Assembly: GCF_009834535.1 (NCBI RefSeq)
Contig: NC_045699.1
Coordinates: 61,690,001 to 61,754,000, forward strand
Reading direction: 5' to 3'
Source of the DNA: Camelus ferus
Lineage: Eukaryota
DNA length: 64,000 nt
The notes beneath the pieces are model-generated. The model did no database searches and was not told where the DNA came from. It worked only from the letters and a program-made list of their open reading frames with translations. Shown in pieces: positions 59,130 to 64,000 of the stretch (positions are counted from its first letter, which is position 1; each line of letters begins with the position of its first letter). The position numbers and the translations under genes are program-made.

Positions 59130-59440
59130 TCCCTGGAGCTAATCCAATGTCTATATTTAACCCGGCGGGCTGGGTGGCATTATATTTGAGTGATTATTTA
59201 TAGATACCCTCATGCACGGTCTGCTGAAAAGCCACAGGGATTCAGCCAAGGTGGGGGCGGGGGGGGGAGAATAGCTCCAGATGTGCAACCGCACGTGAAG
59301 CCACGTCTGAGCCTTTGTTGGCTAAGGAGGCTGGGGAGCTCAAATATGCATGAGATCTCCGTGTCTTGGCTTTTTATTTTTATTCCTAACTCCCAACATG
59401 AGGGGGCTTTATTTGAACATAGGGGTAGCTAAATCACCAA
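59130..59440. promoter_or_regulatory. Candidate enhancer/promoter with paired MEF2 sites, GC box and E-box
   Basis: CCAAT 59144-59148, CTATATTTAA 59151-59160, TTATTTATAG 59194-59203, GGGGCGGGG 59254-59262, CACGTG 59292-59297 in unique sequence; motif-only evidence. Confidence 0.35.
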
Positions 59441-60349
59441 TCTTACATTTGGAAGGAAATTTAGAGCCATTAGCCCAATCTCCTATCTGATATTTGAATC
59501 CTCTCTGCAGTATTACTTATTAATTAGAACCCTAACCTTGCCATTCATTGATTCATCGCTGGTGATACTAGGATCTGTGCTAGGGATTGCACAAGTGAGT
59601 GGATCATGGTCTCTGCCCTCAGGTAGTTACGTTGAGTTGGGAGGATGGCAGGTGGATGGAGAATTACAAGATACAAAGTCAACAAGACAACTGTGGTACT
59701 GGAATCACAGAACGCGGCATGACTCCGTGACTGGCTTGGATAATGGCTCAGTAAATGGTGACCATGGTTCTTATTCCCTTCTTACTGTTGTAAGAAAGCT
59801 TCCTAGCTGACTGTGGAATATAAAGTTGTAGTTTCTCCAGGCAGAAAAAGGGGATGAATAGGGCAGCATAAAAGAATGCAACAATAGAGTATTTTCACAG
59901 AATGGTGAGAAGATAAGACAGTCTGAAACAGATTTTTGACGTTGAGGGGTGGATTGAGATGAGGCAGGAAGGGTAGATTGGGGTTCACATTTAAAATATA
60001 TACTACTGAATATCATACTAAGTAGAAAGAGACCGGTCACAATGATTTGATAAGCAAAGGAGTAATGGGATTTTTGTCTTAAAATATGCAAAAATTATCT
60101 AGATTAGTTGATATTATTCAAATTTTAGGATTTATTGGGAATGACTGTTGGAGTCTGGGGCAGTACTCTCTGTGAGCCTCAGTTTTCCTATCTGTAATGT
60201 GATTAAGATGCATTTTCCCTTAAGGAACTTATAATCCAGAGAGGATCAGACTGTTCATATGGTTAGAGGGGAAGGCAGTTCATAATTAGTGCGATTAGAT
60301 GCCGTAAGGGTCTTGCTTTCCTACAATGACAAATGCCACTGCTGTGATT

Positions 60350-60580
60350 AATAGCTCCCTTTATTGATCACTTACCGTATGAAAGTTCCTTGCCTAAAAT
60401 ACTTTACTATGTTTTCACCTTGAATTTCATGTTAACAACAATACTATGAAGTAGGCATAATTAGATCCATTTTGCAAATTAGAGAAAGCTCATAAAGACT
60501 ATTTGCAGAGCCATTAGAGAGGAGCCAGGATTCAAGTCCAGGTGGTTCTGATTCCAAAGCTTAGAACCTCTTGGTAACTA
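60350..60580 (-). mobile_element. MIR SINE
   Basis: CTTTATTGATCACTTAC...CAATACTATGAAGTAGG...CCATTTTGCAAATTAGAGAAA...GAGCCAGGATTCAAGTCCAGG...GATTCCAAAGC. Confidence 0.8.
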
Positions 60581-61479
60581 ACACAATCCTATCACATACT
60601 TTTGAAAATCTGGTGTCCCTCTACAAGGGCTGAGCAAGTTGGGAAAGGAGGTGAATCTTGTTCACCTGTCTTCAAGTGGTCTTCACTCTGCCCAGAGTCT
60701 ACACTCCAGAGCATCTTCAGACTCAACCTTGGTAAGTGTAATTCTTCATTCCCATTGCTTAGGGAATTGTGGCCATGAACTTCCCAGGCTAATTGTAAAT
60801 ATATCACTATTTACACGGTCACAGTAAAATATATGTGCAATCTATTGACCTGATATTAAGGATTATTTTAATAAAATAGAATTGGCATACCATTTAGTTA
60901 GTTAAAGTCACAAATGTGCCCCCCACACATCTCTGGTCAAATTCATTGCCCTATACTATTAACATCGGGAGGCTGTATATATTTTATTAGAACCCCATCT
61001 TCAACCAGCTACTCATTCTTAGATCACTGATTTCAGTAAAAGCAGTAGGTTAGATCATTAATACATTTTAATCATTCTGCCTACTCACCCTTCACTAGGT
61101 GTCATGAAACATGGAAACCTGGGGAGAGAAATGTCTTACTCCTCAAGGAATCTACTGCAATAGGTAAAAATTATCTGAATTAAAATGTAAAGAAAACAAT
61201 GTCACGGGGCAGCAAAAGTTAATTTCCCCCAAAAAGTAGCTTGGGCAGTAAGTGCTGGCAGTGTGGAGGAAAGATGCTCATTTGGCTCGGGGAGCTGGTC
61301 CAGAAAGACATCAGAGAAGAAGTAGAACTAAGATATTGATGAGAAACTTGAACAACTTCATGATTCCCTAGACCTGACCTTGGAGATCAGTCTGCACACC
61401 TAATGGTTGTTGTATCTGAGTATGTATTTATAGTCTCTGCATTTATATCTCACATACCAACATATGTAGAAACACATAA

Positions 61480-61660
61480 ACACATTGAAAAAGAAGTCAG
61501 GAAACTTGGATTCTAGTCCCAGCATCGCCATTAACTGTGTAACCGCGAGCAAGTTGCTAGACCTCCCTGGGCTAAAAGTTCTTCACCTGTAATGTAAACA
61601 TCACAAAGCAGATGATCCTCAAATTTCCTTCCAGCTTAATCTCGTAATTATATGATTCTT
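61480..61660 (+). mobile_element. MIR SINE
   Basis: GAAGTCAGGAAACTTGGATTCTAGTCCCAGC...GAGCAAGTTGCTAGACCTCCCTGGGC...CACCTGTAATG. Confidence 0.7.
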
Positions 61661-63279
61661 TATTTGGAAAAGCAAAGAAGGGAGAATGCACAAGAGAAAG
61701 ATTCAACGCCTCTGCTAGCTGTACCTTTCCAGTGTAAAACCTTTTTGCTGTAGCACAAACACACTTTTCTCTCTATGAAAAAAAAATTTACAATTCCTGA
61801 AATATGTCCTAAATGTTCATTAGGTCCCAGTGACAAAGTTATAAATGAACATCAAGTGACAGTCTTGTCACCTATTAATAGCATACAATTTTTGACAGGT
61901 GGAATTCTGGGATTTATGCAAATGAAAGATTGGATCCTCTGTTATACTTCTTGGTAAACTTCCAACATGCTGACTTAATAGCTACGGTGTACAGAAAAAA
62001 AAGAAGCCACTCACATATATTATAAGGGAGATAATGAATTATTATTCAAAAAGTAGGCTTGTTGCAGTCATTTGCATATAATGTTTAATTTTTACCAAAT
62101 GTTTCATTTTAATACATGCAAAAATGATCAAAAACTATCAAAATATGCTAATGAACTTTCTATTGCAAATATATTGTTGCCCTTGATTCTGCAGGTTTAT
62201 TATAAAAACATTTGAAATTCTCAATGGTAAAGTGATTCTTTTAATAAAAATAATATTGAAAATATTCACACACTTTGGGACTGAAAAGGGCCTTAGAGAT
62301 CATCGATTAAAACTCTTTATTTTATAAACGGGGCTACTGGGGCTCAGAGAGCTGGAGCACATGGTGGCACAGCTAAGCAGTGGGGAGGGCGGGGGGTACC
62401 AGCAGATACCCCAGAGTTCCTGCTGTCCAGGTGACTGTGTTTTCCACTGAGCTACATTTTCTCAAATAGGCTCAGTGTTTGTATTTCAAATGTTTAGAAC
62501 TCTATCCAGTTTTGTTATCAGTTAATTCTTGTAAGTTGTTTGGACTTATACAGGGACAAAAATACAGGGATCGGGGCTGGGGAGCAAGAGGAAGGTTGCT
62601 ACACATATAGACAAAAGTGAAATACAAAAACCCTTTCAGTATGTCCTAAACTTACTGTCATTCGACTACCATTTTCACGATTTTTACTGTTCATAGACCA
62701 TTTATACTATTAGTTTACTTAACTTGTTTTTCTTAAATCAACTTTTTTAGTGGAATAATTGAGTGTTCCAGAGGGATTTTAAACAACCATAGTAAATGGA
62801 AAGCCGGAAGTACACATTTTAAATAGAAAACAATGGGTAAACAACAACAACAATAATAATAATGATGAAAACGTATCACTGTCAATGCAATTCTAAGAGG
62901 GTACTGGTCATTGTCAGAGGCGCTGTGCTTGGAACACGCGCTTACTTTATTATAAATAAAGGATGGAAGTTGGGAGATTAGCAAGTGTTACAAGCGTTAA
63001 AGACGGTTAGCACCCAACTCAGATTATCTTCCCTTGACATTTAAAGATAATTGAAAAGGAAATGACTTTCTCATAATATGATTCTGTGTCTTCAATGTCC
63101 TATTCCATCTAAATCGCCTCCTGGACCATCAGTAGTGCTTGTCTCACACTTGGGAAGCGGGGCTAGAGTGAGACGTCTCTGTTATTTGGGCCTCTGACAC
63201 TTACATTTCTGACCCAGGAAGCGTATAGCAGGGAAGCGGAACGAAATCTCACTGAGCATCCCAGCAACATAACAGGGGC

Positions 63280-63445
63280 AAAGGGACAGAGTCTGGACCC
63301 GGCAGCCTGGTGTGCATCCTCATCTTGCCGCTTAATGACTGCAAGAAAAGTACATTAACTGCTCCGAGCCTCGGTCTCCTTACTTGTAAAATGATGGTGG
63401 TAACAGAACTTGTCTCAAAGGGTTGTTGTAAAGTTATCTAGGAAA
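63280..63445 (+). mobile_element. MIR SINE
   Basis: AGAGTCTGGACCCGGCAGCCTGG...TCCGAGCCTCGGTCTCCTTACTTGTAAAATGATGG...AGGGTTGTTGTAAAG. Confidence 0.8.
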
Positions 63446-63457
63446 ACATGTAATAAA

Positions 63458-63540
63458 TTTTATTTTATTTTTATTGAAGTATAGTCAGTTTATAATTTTA
63501 TTTTATTTTATTTTATTTTATTTTTATTTTTATTTATTTA
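63458..63540 (-). mobile_element. 83-bp micro-insertion: L1 terminal ~23 nt between (TTTTA)n arrays, 16-bp flanking duplication
   Basis: ATTGAAGTATAGTCAGTTTATAA (63473-63495) matches the antisense L1 terminus seen elsewhere in the window; GAAAACA(T/A)GTAATAAA at 63442-63457 and 63541-63556. Confidence 0.7.
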
Positions 63541-63569
63541 GAAAACAAGTAATAAAAATCAGAAACATT

Positions 63570-63760
63570 TACTGAGCACATAGTAAGGGCCAAGCTTTAC
63601 CTGTATGATATCCTGAATTCTTGCAACAGCTTATAAGGGTAAATACTATTCATCTGATTTTACACTTGAGCTAACTGCAGCACAGGAAATTGAATGATTC
63701 CTCAAAGCTAATAAGTGGTAGAACCAAAGTTAAAGCCCAGGTTTTCTTGACTCCAGTTCA
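63570..63760 (-). mobile_element. MIR SINE
   Basis: AAACATTTACTGAGCACATAG...CTTGCAACAGCTTATAAGGGTAA...GATTTTACACTTGAG...AGAACCAAAGTTAAAGCCCAGG. Confidence 0.75.
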
Positions 63761-63849
63761 CATGTCAGCAATTATGTCCTGTAGACATGGACATACAATG
63801 ACTAGGGAGAGAGGGACTACCTCAGACAGATGGGATGCTATGAGCAAAA

Positions 63850-64000
63850 ATCACCAGGGGGGAAAGGGCTGGGATGGATAAATTGGGAGCTTGGGATTTG
63901 CAGATACTAACTATATATAAAATAGATAAACAACAAGGTCCTACTGAATAGCACAGGGAACAGTATTTAATATCTTATAGTAACCTGTAATGAAAAAGAG
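63850..64000 (+). mobile_element. Artiodactyl L1 3' UTR, runs off the window edge
   Basis: GGATAAATTGGGAGCTTGGGATTTGCAGATAC...AAACAACAAGGTCCTACTGAATAGCACAGGGAA. Confidence 0.9.

Noticed and set aside
1-64000. CRISPR array, prokaryotic defence system, intact ERV or NUMT
   Set aside because: No repeat-spacer arrays, operon-like ORF runs, gag/pol/env ORFs or mitochondrial-like sequence were seen; tandem repeats are simple microsatellites or 9-19-bp duplications.

Overview
Mammalian non-coding DNA, probably from a camelid (camel/alpaca). The species call rests on a tRNA-Ala-derived SINE with an AAATAAATAAACCTAATTACCTCCCC tail and artiodactyl-type L1 3' ends; I saw no Bov-A/Bov-tA/BovB, PRE-1 or Alu. 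I find no supportable protein-coding exon, tRNA, rRNA or CRISPR array. The listed ORFs are chance ORFs, ORFs inflated by N gaps, or ORFs inside decayed repeats. The window looks intergenic or like the inside of a large intron. It is dominated by ancient repeats (many MIR and L2, one CR1/L3, MLT1/MER21 LTRs, MER20/MER5A/MER45B/MER2B/MER103/MER104-type DNA transposons, old L1M pieces). Younger insertions are short L1 3' ends and one SINE, most with readable target-site duplications. There are four assembly gaps. I see no evidence of a new multi-gene system. The best leads are small: (i) an L1 whose 5' junction carries a 17-nt inverted copy of its own target site (6424-6662); (ii) an 83-bp insertion with about 23 nt of L1 terminus between two TTTTA arrays (63442-63556); (iii) candidate cis-regulatory islands at about 5.1, 18.2 and 59.2 kb; (iv) an L1-in-L1 nest that predicts the content of one gap. 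Repeat family names come from my recollection of consensus sequences, not a database search, and boundaries are approximate unless fixed by a TSD or TIR.
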